A stretch of DNA of 64,000 bases from Synechococcus sp. (GCA_051439425.1 JBFRWD010000075.1:1-64000); one strand, 5' to 3'. Positions 48,866 to 59,975 are shown, numbered from the stretch's first letter. The notes: generated from the letters alone by a model not told the origin. Made by a program: numbers and translations.

Positions 48866-49228
48866 TTAGGTGGCAGAAGCTGCTGCTGTGGCAGTTTCTC
48901 CAGGAGTGAAGGACGTACCGCAACCACAGGTATTCACTGCGTTGGGGTTTTCGAAGCGGAAGCCGCCACCCAATAAGTCTTCGCTGAAATCAACTGTCAT
49001 GCCGTCAATAATTGATAGGCTCAGCGGATCGATAACGACCTTGCAATCGCCAAACTCAAATACTTCGTCAGCATCCTTAGGCTCGGATTCGAACGCCATT
49101 GTATAGGACATGCCCGAACAACCGCTGGGCTTTACCCCCAGACGTAGGTGCATATTGGGGTCGTCATATTTCGCACGCAACCGCTTAACTTCGCGAACTG
49201 CTGAATCCGTGAGGTTGATGTTGAACAT
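48866..49228 (-). CDS. iscA: IscA/SufA (HesB) Fe-S assembly protein
   Basis: GCSGMSY, GFRFENPNA, CGCGTSF. Confidence 0.9.
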   Translation of the reverse strand: MFNINLTDSAVREVKRLRAKYDDPNMHLRLGVKPSGCSGMSYTMAFESEPKDADEVFEFGDCKVVIDPLSLSIIDGMTVDFSEDLLGGGFRFENPNAVNTCGCGTSFTPGETATAAASAT

Positions 49229-49351
49229 AGAGCACTATACAATCAACGATTTTGCTTAATTCCAGGCTACACCAACTTTCCTTAGAGCTCGTCTCAGAGT
49301 ATCGCTGGACGTCAATATATAGAGCCACAGCCCAAAATCGTCAAAAGAGGG

Positions 49352-49819
49352 TTACCGCAATCGACTAGGAGGGCTGTTGTTGGCTCGGTTCAGCGGCAGG
49401 GTTTGTGGGGAAGGAGGCAGGTTGGGGGAAGTCAGCGGTCGTTCCTGGCCCGCCCCAAATCGTTCGAGCTGATAGGCAACGCGATCGCGAAACTCCGGGT
49501 CTTGATTGGCCAGGTTCATTAATTGGCTATAGAGACCAACTGTTAGCCCTTCTTGCTGCACGATATCGGCTGCGGTTTCGACAAACTGGCGTTCGATCGC
49601 CTGTTCTTCAACCGGAGACTGAGCTAACTGCAGTTCTCGACTGGCGGTTTCTAGCAGTGGTTGGATGCTCAATAGCGATCGCACCAATCCTTCCACCTGC
49701 TGCGGCGCCACCTGTTCGCTGGTTAAGGTTGCGGTTTGGGCTTGCAAGGAAGAGGTTCCTGCAACGACTGTACCTGCCAGTAAGGCTCCGATGAACCCAG
49801 GAATCCAACGAACGTTCAT
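49352..49819 (-). CDS. Secreted DUF4168-like protein
   Basis: Signal peptide; IVQQEGLTV..Y...NQDPEFR pattern. Confidence 0.7.
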   Translation of the reverse strand: MNVRWIPGFIGALLAGTVVAGTSSLQAQTATLTSEQVAPQQVEGLVRSLLSIQPLLETASRELQLAQSPVEEQAIERQFVETAADIVQQEGLTVGLYSQLMNLANQDPEFRDRVAYQLERFGAGQERPLTSPNLPPSPQTLPLNRANNSPPSRLR

Positions 49820-50468
49820 CTACCACAACCCATGTCTTCAGTATTTCTTTTACTCGAAAGTGACTGCCTTGGCTCCAAATCCTGTTCCGAGGTGTATGAA
49901 CTATTTGCCTCCCAGTTGTTACAAGCTCGATATAGCAAGTCCACGAAAGCCTAAGCCAAAAAATTCTATCGATTGGCAGTATCGCCTACTCCGACGACGC
50001 TTGATATTTTCTATACATTCCGGCCAAAAATAAACGGCTAGTACTATACCCCTGGCCAACAAATAGTTAAATGGCTGTAATGCTGCTTTGCCAACAAAGA
50101 TCCCGAAGACAAATACAGAAAAATCGTCCATTTACCCGAGGATTCTGATTAAGAGAAGCTATGTTTTCTAGCCGGTTGCTCTTTTGATTTCGTTTACAAA
50201 ATGCACTGCTGCTGGAAAACAAATGAATCCCTCCAATACCAGTCTAGAAGTGGTTTGAGGCGCTGATAGCCAGGATGTTGATGGCTTTGGCAAGCCCAGC
50301 AGAATAATGTGTGATGTTCTGCAGGTGGGTATTAGCACCCAAACAATTTTCAACATCCATCACTCTTGTCTTGACAGACCTAGATGAAAGCCCTAGAAAT
50401 AGGATGATAATTTTGCCTATAGGATTACGGTTGCGGTCGCCAACCAATAGTTTCGGGGACTATTCAAA

Positions 50469-51278
50469 ATGGATGGAATTGTAGAATTTATAACCACAAA
50501 AGGTGTCAGTATCGCAGGCAATATTGCATTTGCGCTCATCATCTTAATTGCTGGCTTGTGGGGAGCAGGTATAGCCCGTAGACTCGCCAAGCGACTCATG
50601 GTCAATGCCAAAGTGGACCCGACCTTGGTTGGCTTCCTTAGCAACATGGTTTACTACGCTATTGCGGCATTCATTGTGTTGGCAGCACTGAGTCGCATTG
50701 GCATCCAGACTGCATCCTTGGTTGCCATCTTTGGTGCGGCTGGTTTGGCTGTAGGTCTAGCGTTGCAAGGGTCTCTGTCCAACTTTGCAGCAGGTGTGTT
50801 AATCCTGATCTTCCGCCCCTTCAAGCTCGGAGACTTAATTGAGGGGGGTGGAACGACGGGGTTTGTTGAAGAAATTCAATTGTTCACCACCATTCTTGTC
50901 ACGCCTGACAACAAGTATGTGATCGTGCCCAACGCAAAAATTGGCGGAGACAATATCGTCAACTACTCCACCAAGCCCTATATTCGATTGGATATGGTAT
51001 TTGGGATTGGATACGAAGCCGATATCGATCGCGCCAAAGCAATTGTCCAAGATATTCTGGCTGGCGATGAGCGAGTATTCAAAGATCCGGCTCCAACCGT
51101 TGCCGTTACCGAGCTAGCCGATAGTAGCGTCAACCTCGCAGTTCGCCCCAATGTCACAGTGGCCGATTACTGGGGGGTCTACTTCGATACTCACGAGCGA
51201 ATCAAGAAACGTTTCGACCAAGAGGGCATCAGCATTCCCTTCCCTCAACGGGATGTTCACATGTTCAGTGCCAACTAA
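50469..51278 (+). CDS. mscS: Small-conductance mechanosensitive channel
   Basis: GAAGLAVGLALQGSLSNFAAG, FRPFKLGD, VPN, IPFPQRDVH. Confidence 0.95.
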   Translation: MDGIVEFITTKGVSIAGNIAFALIILIAGLWGAGIARRLAKRLMVNAKVDPTLVGFLSNMVYYAIAAFIVLAALSRIGIQTASLVAIFGAAGLAVGLALQGSLSNFAAGVLILIFRPFKLGDLIEGGGTTGFVEEIQLFTTILVTPDNKYVIVPNAKIGGDNIVNYSTKPYIRLDMVFGIGYEADIDRAKAIVQDILAGDERVFKDPAPTVAVTELADSSVNLAVRPNVTVADYWGVYFDTHERIKKRFDQEGISIPFPQRDVHMFSAN

Positions 51279-51377
51279 CGCAGCACCGAATTTTTAGTCA
51301 AAGTCTACGTTTATTGTGTTGTACGGGCTCTTGCGCGGTCTCCGCTGAGAGCTTTTCTGTTGGTTACCTCAAGTTCT

Positions 51378-51974
51378 CTAGTCACCAGAACCGGTCGCTG
51401 GGCTTGCTGGCGATCTCACCATAGTGGATGCTAAGGCGATCGCTTCCGGATAAATCCGATGTTCTTCCACTTGGATGCGAGCTTGCAAGGTATCTTCTGT
51501 GTCGTCAGGGTGTACCGGGACGACTGCCTGATGCACAATCGGGCCGCTATCGACCTCAAGTTCTACCCAGTGGACGGTGCAACCGGAAAACTTGACGCCA
51601 TAATCGATGGCCTGTCGGACTGCGTGTAGTCCTGGAAAGCTGGGCAGCAGGCTGGGGTGGATATTTAGCATTCGACGAGGGAAGGCGTCAATTAATTCTT
51701 GGGTGACGCGCCGCATCCAGCCTGCCATTACAACCAGCTCGACATTATGCCGAGTAAGTTCGGTGGCAATTTCGAGATCGACGTCTTCTCTCGACGCATA
51801 CTTACGATGATCGATCAATACAGCAGGCACCCCAAATTCGCGGGCTTTATTCGCGACTCCGGCCCCTGGATTGTTATAAATCACAATCTCTACTGAAGCG
51901 TCCAATTGGCCGCGGTGAATAGCCTCCGAGATTGCCACGTAATTACTGCCCTTCCCAGACGCTAAGACCCCCAA
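51378..51974 (-). CDS. purN: Phosphoribosylglycinamide formyltransferase
   Basis: GVLASGKGSN, AGWMR, NIHPSLLP, GCTVH, DSGPI, EHRIYP; TTG start. Confidence 0.95.
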   Translation of the reverse strand: MGVLASGKGSNYVAISEAIHRGQLDASVEIVIYNNPGAGVANKAREFGVPAVLIDHRKYASREDVDLEIATELTRHNVELVVMAGWMRRVTQELIDAFPRRMLNIHPSLLPSFPGLHAVRQAIDYGVKFSGCTVHWVELEVDSGPIVHQAVVPVHPDDTEDTLQARIQVEEHRIYPEAIALASTMVRSPASPATGSGD

Positions 51975-52369
51975 TCTTAAGGGGCTGCCTGAGAGAGACG
52001 ATTGAACAATTGCCGGGTGGACAGCAGAAATAATGACAATAGGGAGTGCAAGCAGGGCGATGATACCTCATCTATTGTGGGTTCATGTCTGTCCTGACTG
52101 GTAACGCGCCTGGTGTAAAGTGACATCGCAAAATTGATGGCTCCGTATTTTCCCCGCATATATTCGCACGCCCGACATACAGAATAGGCATTATCACTTA
52201 CAAGACGCCCTGTCTCGATGTGTAGGATTTCTACAATCCAATCAACGAATTGACTCTGATTGTGTCGATACGCAACATCACATCAATCCTGGTGACAGAC
52301 TGAGCGTAGGACCCCAAAGGTTTCTAGATTGGAATTTGAGAACTATTCTGCTGGTTGAGGTTATCCCCC

Positions 52370-52546
52370 ATGCACGCCCTCAAAGTTCGCCGCCGTGTTT
52401 ATACTGCCGGAACTGATGCAACTCAACAGGCTGCGAGCGATCGCCGTGAGATGCAAGTAACTACTGCCGTACAAATCCTAACGATAGGTCTACTGTCGGG
52501 TCTGTGCTGCTTTACCGGTTCTCTGCTTTTTCTGCAGGTTCTGTAA
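52370..52546 (+). CDS. Small hypothetical protein with a C-terminal TM helix
   Basis: Short ORF ending in hydrophobic VQILTIGLLSGLCCFTGSLLFLQVL. Confidence 0.35.
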   Translation: MHALKVRRRVYTAGTDATQQAASDRREMQVTTAVQILTIGLLSGLCCFTGSLLFLQVL

Positions 52547-52933
52547 CGGCAGTTTCTACCAACCGAATCGATCTGAATTGTCGGGCTGGATATTCAGAAT
52601 ATTCGGGTGGCTTTGGCCGTACCTTCATAAACTGGCTCTGTCAGATTGGTGTTGATGGCGGCTAAAATTGGTATTCTTTACGAGCTTTTCTGCAAACACC
52701 TGAGTTCAGGTGTTGAATGGCTGCAATTATAGTCACCGACAACGATTGCAAGTCTTGTTGGCTAGAGGCAAGCAGGAGTTTGAGAGTATTAATCGTACTG
52801 GCATTTCTATCATGAGTCAGTCGGCAAATTCCTCTACTTCAGTGGTTCTGAATAGCTGTGACGCTTTGCCGTTTTGTCGGTGGCATAATAATCTCTGGAC
52901 TTCGCCCAGACGTTTTGTGAATAGAGGCTACTC

Positions 52934-53266
52934 ATGGCAGGATTTGGACCCTTTGGCAAGATTCAAGAAGCCCTTAAGAAGGCTCAGGAAGTAAAAGAAG
53001 GGGCTCAGAAGCTTCAGGTAGAGCTGGATGAGATGGAAATTGTCGGCGAAGCTGGCGATGGTCTTGTCAAAGTCACTGTTAGTGGCAACCAAGAGCCCAG
53101 AAGTGTCACGCTAGCGCCTGCTGCGATGGAAAAGTCGGCAGAAGATTTGCAGGCTCTGGTGTTTGAAGCCATGCAGAAAGCTTACGGCGAATCCACTGAA
53201 ACGATGCGCACCCGCATGGAAGAGTTGACCGGTGGATTGGGCAATCTTCCTGGTTTGGGCTTCTAG
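52934..53266 (+). CDS. ybaB: YbaB/EbfC nucleoid-associated protein
   Basis: KKAQ..QKLQ.EL, GDGLVKVTVSGNQEP, MEELTGGL. Confidence 0.92.
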   Translation: MAGFGPFGKIQEALKKAQEVKEGAQKLQVELDEMEIVGEAGDGLVKVTVSGNQEPRSVTLAPAAMEKSAEDLQALVFEAMQKAYGESTETMRTRMEELTGGLGNLPGLGF

Positions 53267-53292
53267 CAAACCGATCGCTATCATCTGCCTAC

Positions 53293-53321
53293 AAACTCTT
53301 CGTCTGTCTGGCGGAGAGTTT
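53293..53321 (+). terminator. Probable intrinsic terminator after ybaB
   Basis: Hairpin AAACTCTTCG...CGGAGAGTTT. Confidence 0.5.
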
Positions 53322-53415
53322 ATGTATTGGTTCTCTGTTGGCCCAGATTAAGGCCGTATTAGGAAAGTGTACTGTTGACATCTAGCCGTTCGACCCTTCT
53401 GCGAATCGTTGTTCG

Positions 53416-53463
53416 ACTGTCCTTCTTGGGTACTGTCCTTCTTGGGTACTGTCCTTCTTGGGT
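53416..53463 (+). repeat. 16-bp tandem repeat ACTGTCCTTCTTGGGT x3
   Basis: Three exact copies, intergenic. Confidence 0.92.
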
Positions 53464-53578
53464 ATTGTTCAACCCTCCCGTGTTCCAGAGCCAATTTAAG
53501 TTTTTCCCCGCTAATTGTCGCCGTTGCTCCCAAACAAATGAGATAGACTGACTTCGGCGTTATTCGCATGTGGAAGCC

Positions 53579-53716
53579 GTGGCAAATTTCAACCGAGGCA
53601 TCATGAAGTTTCGCGGAGCCGATAGTCCGCTCGCCATTTTGCTCTCAACCATCGTCGTTGGCGGGCTAGTCGGCACCTTAATTTGGTGGGCGGTCAATTA
53701 TGCTTATGCTTTTTAA
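53579..53716 (+). CDS. ndhQ: NDH-1 subunit NdhQ (MANFNRGIMKFRGADSPLAILLSTIVVGGLVGTLIWWAVNYAYAF)
   Basis: Hand-translated 45-aa ORF; FNRGIMKFxGADSP...LIWWA...AY matches the NdhQ pattern. Confidence 0.88.
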   Translation: MANFNRGIMKFRGADSPLAILLSTIVVGGLVGTLIWWAVNYAYAF

Positions 53717-54042
53717 AGTCAAAACCTCCTCATTGGACCTGGCCTAAGCAAATCGGGAAGAGGTCTTCTCGCTCTGAATGCACTCCCTGTTGTAGACAAT
53801 GGGGCTTGGTTTTTACTGACTGCCTATTTTGCGTTTTGACTGCGTCCAACGGTGTCCTTCAGTTTTGAGCAGAGATTGCGCAGCGCAACATAAGAAGCGC
53901 AGGTGTGGATGGTTGTGATAATCCAGCTTCAACGACCGGAACATCGCACTACAAGTCCACATCTGCGCAGATAAAAACAGTACCGATGATTTGGAACTGA
54001 GACCAGTCAGGCGATCTCAGGACAAGGAACTCCAAACTCCGG

Positions 54043-54342
54043 CTACAGCTCGAATAAAGCGTCTTCCTGCTCGGTGTAAATGACGCAATCGGAGCTGGGG
54101 GATGCCATACAGGTGAGAACGAAGCCAGCGTCTACTTCACTGTCTTTCAGGAAGTCATGGTCTTGCTTGACAGCACCACTTTTCACTCTGGCAACGCACG
54201 AAATGCACTTTCCGGCCCGGCAAGAGTAAGGGATGTCGATGCCGGTTTCTTCAGCAATATCTAAGATGTATTCCCCTTCGGGAACCGCAATAGTTTTATC
54301 CAGCCCAGTTTCGGCATTAATCAGTCTGACGCTATAGCTCAC
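54043..54342 (-). CDS. Plant-type [2Fe-2S] ferredoxin
   Basis: PYSCRAGKCISC...VLTC. Confidence 0.93.
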   Translation of the reverse strand: MSYSVRLINAETGLDKTIAVPEGEYILDIAEETGIDIPYSCRAGKCISCVARVKSGAVKQDHDFLKDSEVDAGFVLTCMASPSSDCVIYTEQEDALFEL

Positions 54343-54923
54343 GGAATCTCCTTTGTGGAATCAGCCAAACAATCGGTAATAAGGGTGAGTTCTTGAAAAA
54401 CTCGCGATCGCTGATACGACGACTGCGCTGAGAGGGCACCTTACTTTCCGTCAGGAAGAGAGTAACGGAGTAAGGGTCAATCCTTTGCAATTCAAATGTT
54501 TCAGTGACCTTGTTTAGAATTGTAACAAATGTTTGCAATTTTGTGTAGCCATTCTATCCAATTAGTCTGGATCTTGAGTTATACAAGATACATAGTTGCC
54601 TAGACCTCCCCCAAAAGTAGTGCCTCCACCCGATCTAGAGCGTTCCCGGAGTTGGGGGCAAGCAATACAAGTACATGAAATGTGAAGCTGTCTATGTATG
54701 TTTGTTGTGTAGTTGGCCTGTATTGAGTGGTCGCGGCAAGCAGTTGTCAGGTCGGAACGTCGTTTCTTGGGGCCAACATGGCAAACCTCTTTGTTTTGGG
54801 TAATAGTTCCTAGGGGCTAATGCTGAGGAGAAGGAGGGTCTTTAGAGAAAGGATGTCGCGCCGACGTCATTCTGAGAACTCGTTACAATCTTGCAAGTTG
54901 TGACCTTGCACCGAGAACGAAGC

Positions 54924-56105
54924 ATGCAATATCGCCGCTTTGGCCGAACCGAACTGCAAATGCCGGTCTTTAGCTGTGGTGGAATGCGCTATCAGCATAA
55001 ATGGCAGGATATTCGTCCTGAGGAAGTGCCTGAAGAGGGTCAAAAGAACTTAGAAGCAACTATCCACAGGGCCTTGGAACTGGGTATTAACCATATCGAG
55101 ACGGCGCGAGGATACGGATCCTCCGAAATGCAACTGGGCTATGTGCTGCCCAAGCTGCCGCGCCAAGAGCTGATCGTTCAGACTAAAGTGGGTCCGTCTG
55201 CGGATTCGAAGCAGTTCAGGCGGACATTTGAACAGTCCCTGAGTTACCTGCAGCTCGATTACGTCGATCTACTCGGTATCCACGGCATTAACACTCCCGA
55301 ACACGTCGAGCAAACGTTGCGGCCCGGTGGCTGTATGGATGTGGCTCGCAAGCTGGTGAGTGAGGGGAAGGTGCGCTTCGTGGGATTCTCCACTCACGGC
55401 CCCTGCGAGGTAATTGTGAAAGCGATTAACTCGGGTCGCTTTGATTATGTCAATTTGCATTGGTATTACATTAACCAAGCCAATTGGCCGGCGATCGCCG
55501 CTGCCACCGAGCAAGACATGGGGGTATTCATTATTAGTCCCTCCGACAAGGGAGGACGGTTGTACGAGCCCCCGCAGCGTCTGATGGATCTCTGCCGTCC
55601 CCTCAGTCCGATGGTGTTTAACGACTTGTTTTGCCTTTCTTACCCACAAGTACACACCCTCAGCCTGGGGGCCGCCCGTCCTGGTGATTTTGACGAGCAT
55701 ATGAAAGCCCTGCCCTTGTTGGAGCAAGCCTCTGAGATTTTGCCCGACATCATCTCTCGGCTAGAGCAGCGCATGGTGGACACGTTTGGGGAGGAATGGG
55801 CGAAAACTTGGCATGTGGGGTTACCCACTCACGATCGCACCCCCGGCGGCATTAATATTCCGACGATTTTGTGGTTGCGCAATCTAGTGTTGGCCTATGA
55901 CATGGTGGAGTACGGCAAGGCCCGCTACAACTTGCTCACGAATGCGGGTCACTGGTTTCCAGGAGGGAAGGCGGAACATGTATCGGCTAGCAAGCTAGCG
56001 GACTGTTTGGCCAATAGCCCCCACCGCGATCGCATTCCTGACTATCTCAAAGAAGCTCACGAGTTGTTGAAGGGGGCAGCCGTCAAGCGGCTTTCTCAAA
56101 GTTGA
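54924..56105 (+). CDS. Aldo/keto reductase family protein
   Basis: MQYRRFGRTEL, GINHIETARGYG, QTK, GFSTHG. Confidence 0.9.
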   Translation: MQYRRFGRTELQMPVFSCGGMRYQHKWQDIRPEEVPEEGQKNLEATIHRALELGINHIETARGYGSSEMQLGYVLPKLPRQELIVQTKVGPSADSKQFRRTFEQSLSYLQLDYVDLLGIHGINTPEHVEQTLRPGGCMDVARKLVSEGKVRFVGFSTHGPCEVIVKAINSGRFDYVNLHWYYINQANWPAIAAATEQDMGVFIISPSDKGGRLYEPPQRLMDLCRPLSPMVFNDLFCLSYPQVHTLSLGAARPGDFDEHMKALPLLEQASEILPDIISRLEQRMVDTFGEEWAKTWHVGLPTHDRTPGGINIPTILWLRNLVLAYDMVEYGKARYNLLTNAGHWFPGGKAEHVSASKLADCLANSPHRDRIPDYLKEAHELLKGAAVKRLSQS

Positions 56106-56276
56106 TGGATATTGACAATACAGTATCTGGTGAAGTTTCCAATGGGTGATTGCCCAATTACCATCCAGCATCCACAGATTCGCGAGGGAAATGCTACTAC
56201 AGCCTGGGCAGCAGGATTATGCCAAAGTTGTGATGGATAAATTGCCGACAAAAAAAACTAACTCCCTAGGTCATTT

Positions 56277-58754
56277 CTAACTTTGCCCAAACAGGACAGC
56301 TCGCACTAGGCGAATCTCTTCGAAACTAAATGATTCTCCTAATAGCTCGCGGATGGGGGTGAGGCTGGAGTAGCTACCGACATCGTAAATGGCGCGAAAG
56401 ATTTGTCGCTGGCGCGCGGGAGTAACGATCGCATCAATATGCACTTCTTCTCCTGCAGCCAGCAACTGAGCCAAATGGGTCATGATGGTCTTTGGCTTGA
56501 GCTGGCGTGATTCGGCAATCTCATTCACAGATAGTCCCTGGCGATGCAAGTCTAATGTTTCTTGCTGCGTCGCACTCAGAGTAATAAATTGCGATATCGG
56601 AATCGGAGTTTCCGAGACGTCTGGAGCGGGTTTAGATTGGGCAGGTTTGGATTGAGTGGAAGCGATCGCCTTCTCCTCAACTGCCACAGCCCCAGTGGTT
56701 GTTCCGGGGTCGTAGACAGGATAAAGGGAGAAATTCTGAGGCGTTAGTAAGTTGTCTTCCTCATTTTCTGAACGTTCGTCAGAGGCGCTGTCTGCTAATG
56801 GCCTAATGTCGAACGTAGCGGTATCTTCATCGTCGACAACGGGATTAGTCTCTGCATCCAGCGGCAAATCCCCCAAATTGTTCTCCTCAACCTCTATTCC
56901 AATTTCAGGTTCCACCACCAGAGCAGCCCCAGGACTGGCCCCTAAAAAATCATCCAAAGCATTCAAAAAAATCTCGCCATACTGGTTCAGTTTCTTTTGC
57001 CCCACCCCCACCAATTGACCAAACTCCTCCAACGTTTCCGGCTGCTCCTGCGCCATCGCCTTCAGAGTGCGGTCGGAAAAAATGATGTACGGAGGCACCG
57101 ACTGTTGGTCTGCCAACCGCTTGCGTAGCTTGCGTAAATGCTGAAATAACTCCTCATCGGCAGCCGATAACTCCTCCACCTCCCGACGCTGCACCACCGC
57201 CACATCTTGGCCGTTGCGCAACTGCGGTACCGACACCTCCAACTGTCGCTTCAGCACCTGAAACCCGCGATCGCCAATCGACAGAGTGCCGTACCCGTCC
57301 GTGCTCTCCTCCATAAAATCTTGATGCAGCAGTGCCTGACCCAATTCCTGCCACTGCTTAATCGTCAGTTCTCCTCCAATCCCATAGGTGGACAGCGTAT
57401 CGTGACCGTTGCGTCGAATGCGATCGTCCGACTTCCCCTTCAGTACATCGATGATGTAGCGCATGCCAAACCGCTGATCGCAGCGATACACGCAGGATAA
57501 AAACTTCTGGGTCTCGATCGTGCGATCCTCCATCGGAACCGGATTGAGACAGTTATCGCAGTTGCCGCAATCTTTGGCCAACGTCTCGCCAAAATAGCCC
57601 ACCAATACCCGCTGGCGACATAGGAATGATGACCCATAGTCGATGGTTTGGCGTAATTGCTGGCGGGCAATCCGCTGCTCGTCCGGGTCGGACTTTTGTT
57701 TGATTAAAAACTCAATTTTGCTGCGATCTCCGTAGCTAAACAGCAACACGCAATCGGCAGGCAATCCATCCCGACCCGCTCGCCCAGATTCTTGATAGTA
57801 GCTTTCCAAATTGCGGGGCAGATCGGCGTGAACCACCAGTCGCACATCCGGCTTATCGATGCCCATACCAAATGCGATCGTGGCCACCATCACTTGGGCA
57901 TCATCTCGCACAAACGCGGTCTGGTTCTCCTCCCGCGACTCCGAACTCATGCCCGCGTGGTAAGGCAACGCCGAAATTCCGGCACTCTGCAACGCCGCCG
58001 CCAACTTGTCTACAGAAGCACGGCTTTGGCAGTAGACGATCGCCGAACCGTCTTTGAGGTCTCGCACCATCCGAACAAGTTCTAGCGGCAATTGCTTGGG
58101 TTTGGGTCGCACGGTGTAATGCAGGTTTGTGCGATGGAAGCTGGCTACGTGGGTGAATGGCTCTGACAGCTCTAGCTGGCGAGCAATATCCTCTCGCACT
58201 CGTTCCGTGGCGGTGGCTGTTAATGCCGTAACGGGAACCGATGGAAAGCGCTGGCGCAGACTGCGCAGTTGGCGATATTCCGGGCGAAAATCGTGTCCCC
58301 ATTCGGAGACGCAATGGGCTTCGTCGACAGCAATTCGGGCAATGCCGACATCGTTGGCCAACTCGCTCAGAGTGGATTGAAAACTCTCGCTCAGTAACCG
58401 TTCGGGGGCGACATACAGTAACTTGTATTCGCCATCCAACAAGGAATTCTCGCGGGCTCTGGCTTCTGCCCCCGGCAAGGAACTATTGAGATAGGTAGCG
58501 GCAATGCCGTTATCCAACAGGTGAGCCACCTGATCTTGCATGAGAGCGATCAGAGGGGACACCACGATCGTGACACCAGGCGTCAGCAATGCAGGCAGTT
58601 GATAGCACAGGGATTTGCCGCCCCCAGTGGGCATTAGCACGAGTAGGTCTTCGCGGGCGATCGCACGGTCGATAATTTCCGCCTGCCCCGGTCGAAACTG
58701 GTCGTAACCAAAGTACTGTTTCAGAGCCTCTGCAGGGGAGGGGGCGATCGTCAT
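56277..58754 (-). CDS. recQ: RecQ DNA helicase (RQC, HRDC, C-terminal HTH)
   Basis: MPTGGGKSLCYQ, DEAHCVSEWGHDFRPEY, ATIAFGMGIDK, QESGRAGRDG, CGNCDNC, HRDC PPYIIFSD; start at ATG 58754. Confidence 0.96.
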   Translation of the reverse strand: MTIAPSPAEALKQYFGYDQFRPGQAEIIDRAIAREDLLVLMPTGGGKSLCYQLPALLTPGVTIVVSPLIALMQDQVAHLLDNGIAATYLNSSLPGAEARARENSLLDGEYKLLYVAPERLLSESFQSTLSELANDVGIARIAVDEAHCVSEWGHDFRPEYRQLRSLRQRFPSVPVTALTATATERVREDIARQLELSEPFTHVASFHRTNLHYTVRPKPKQLPLELVRMVRDLKDGSAIVYCQSRASVDKLAAALQSAGISALPYHAGMSSESREENQTAFVRDDAQVMVATIAFGMGIDKPDVRLVVHADLPRNLESYYQESGRAGRDGLPADCVLLFSYGDRSKIEFLIKQKSDPDEQRIARQQLRQTIDYGSSFLCRQRVLVGYFGETLAKDCGNCDNCLNPVPMEDRTIETQKFLSCVYRCDQRFGMRYIIDVLKGKSDDRIRRNGHDTLSTYGIGGELTIKQWQELGQALLHQDFMEESTDGYGTLSIGDRGFQVLKRQLEVSVPQLRNGQDVAVVQRREVEELSAADEELFQHLRKLRKRLADQQSVPPYIIFSDRTLKAMAQEQPETLEEFGQLVGVGQKKLNQYGEIFLNALDDFLGASPGAALVVEPEIGIEVEENNLGDLPLDAETNPVVDDEDTATFDIRPLADSASDERSENEEDNLLTPQNFSLYPVYDPGTTTGAVAVEEKAIASTQSKPAQSKPAPDVSETPIPISQFITLSATQQETLDLHRQGLSVNEIAESRQLKPKTIMTHLAQLLAAGEEVHIDAIVTPARQRQIFRAIYDVGSYSSLTPIRELLGESFSFEEIRLVRAVLFGQS

Positions 58755-58946
58755 TACAGTCCCGTAAAGACAGCGTCCGATCAGTATAGATGCTCCCTCG
58801 GACTTCATCCTTGCATCAACATGACCATCTTTATAGTGTTTGCCATTGTCGTGAGGACATGTGGCAAAGTGCCCTCAAGTAGGGGACTCGGAAGCCTCTT
58901 TACTTGACGTATTCAACAAGGTTCGAATAATCTGAGCGCTTTGCTC

Positions 58947-59135
58947 GGCATCGTCAAATCAATTCATCGGCGCTGTAAGCCTTTCAGTGTGAGGCTTTGA
59001 GAAATGAGCATCAGTTACAATCATCATCGCTTTCCCGCAGAGATCGTCTCGGACTGCGTCTGACTACAAGACAGTTTTTCCCAAGCTATCGAGATATCAA
59101 GACGCTGACGATCTATCGCAGCATCAGCTTGATTT
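58947..59135 (+). mobile_element. IS6-family relic (left end plus disrupted transposase 5' part)
   Basis: GGCATCGTCAAATCAA IR-like end; MSISYNHHRFPAEIVSDCV*...SYRDI resembles the IS6 N-terminus, with stop and frameshift. Confidence 0.75.
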
Positions 59136-59769
59136 AGGGCCTTCTGCAATCAGCGGTGGAGAATCCCCTCGCCAATTTTTGTAGGACTTAGGGCTTGAGC
59201 TGTCCTCGCACTCCGGATCTTTCAGCCAATTGCCACACGAAACAATCCGCCACTGGTGACTTGAGTTACGTCAGGCCTAGGAAACAAACTTCGTTACCGA
59301 AGTCAAAAGTCTAGACAGACATAAAACATACACCAATTCCCTTCTTATCAGACAACTGTTACTTTAAAACATGCGCCAAAGGGATGGTTCTCCTTGAGGC
59401 ATAGAAAGAACTTACATCTGATAGTTGATAAACTCTACCAGAGGTAGAGTTTTCATCATGTATTGCCTAACTGCAGGTGTCCATACAGACGGTGGTACTC
59501 AGCTTTAGAGATTTCTTTGCTGCGAGAATCTTTTAAGGACGGTAGTTTGTTGAAAACCTTCGACTTTTGAGCAAGTAAACATAACTTGCAATTTGGTTCC
59601 ATACAGCTACTTAAGCAGTGAGGATAGTCGTTCATCGTCGTAGTTTGTAACCTTTATATACCTTAACTCTCCACGGGGTTTTCTTTTTCAGGGTGACAGG
59701 TATTGTTACATAAAGTCGTCATCAAAAAAACGACGAGTCTGTTTATAGCTAAACTGCGACTTTACTCTG

Positions 59770-59975
59770 CTGCAGACATACGTACGATCTCTTGCTCACG
59801 TGTAAGTTGATGAGACGCCACCGTCCGATTGTTCAGGTCTTGGTGTTGTTGACACCCCACATTCGACCTCATTTCTCGATGAACTGCTCTATAGCGTCTT
59901 CGGTTATTCGTCAGACACAAATCCTGGTCCCAGGAGTAAACGTCGGACAAATCTCTTTGCAACCCACCTAGGGGG
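59770..59975 (-). mobile_element. IS6-family transposase relic (C-terminal DDE part, frameshifted)
   Basis: AKRFVRRLL.GPGFV, then LTNNRRRYRAVHREM..NV..QQHQDLNNRTVASHQLTREQE, resembling IS6 TDKLRSY...LNNRAENSHQPTR. Confidence 0.65.

Noticed and set aside
49919..50447. Short minus-strand ORFs between the DUF4168-like gene and mscS
   Set aside because: No recognisable motifs; coding status cannot be supported from sequence alone
54500..54545. NtcA site upstream of the ferredoxin gene
   Set aside because: TGTAACAAATGTTTGCA does not fit GTA-N8-TAC
59136..59160. Possible end of another IS (TAGGGCCTTCTGCAAT) truncating the IS6 relic
   Set aside because: No matching opposite end or transposase fragment was found in the window
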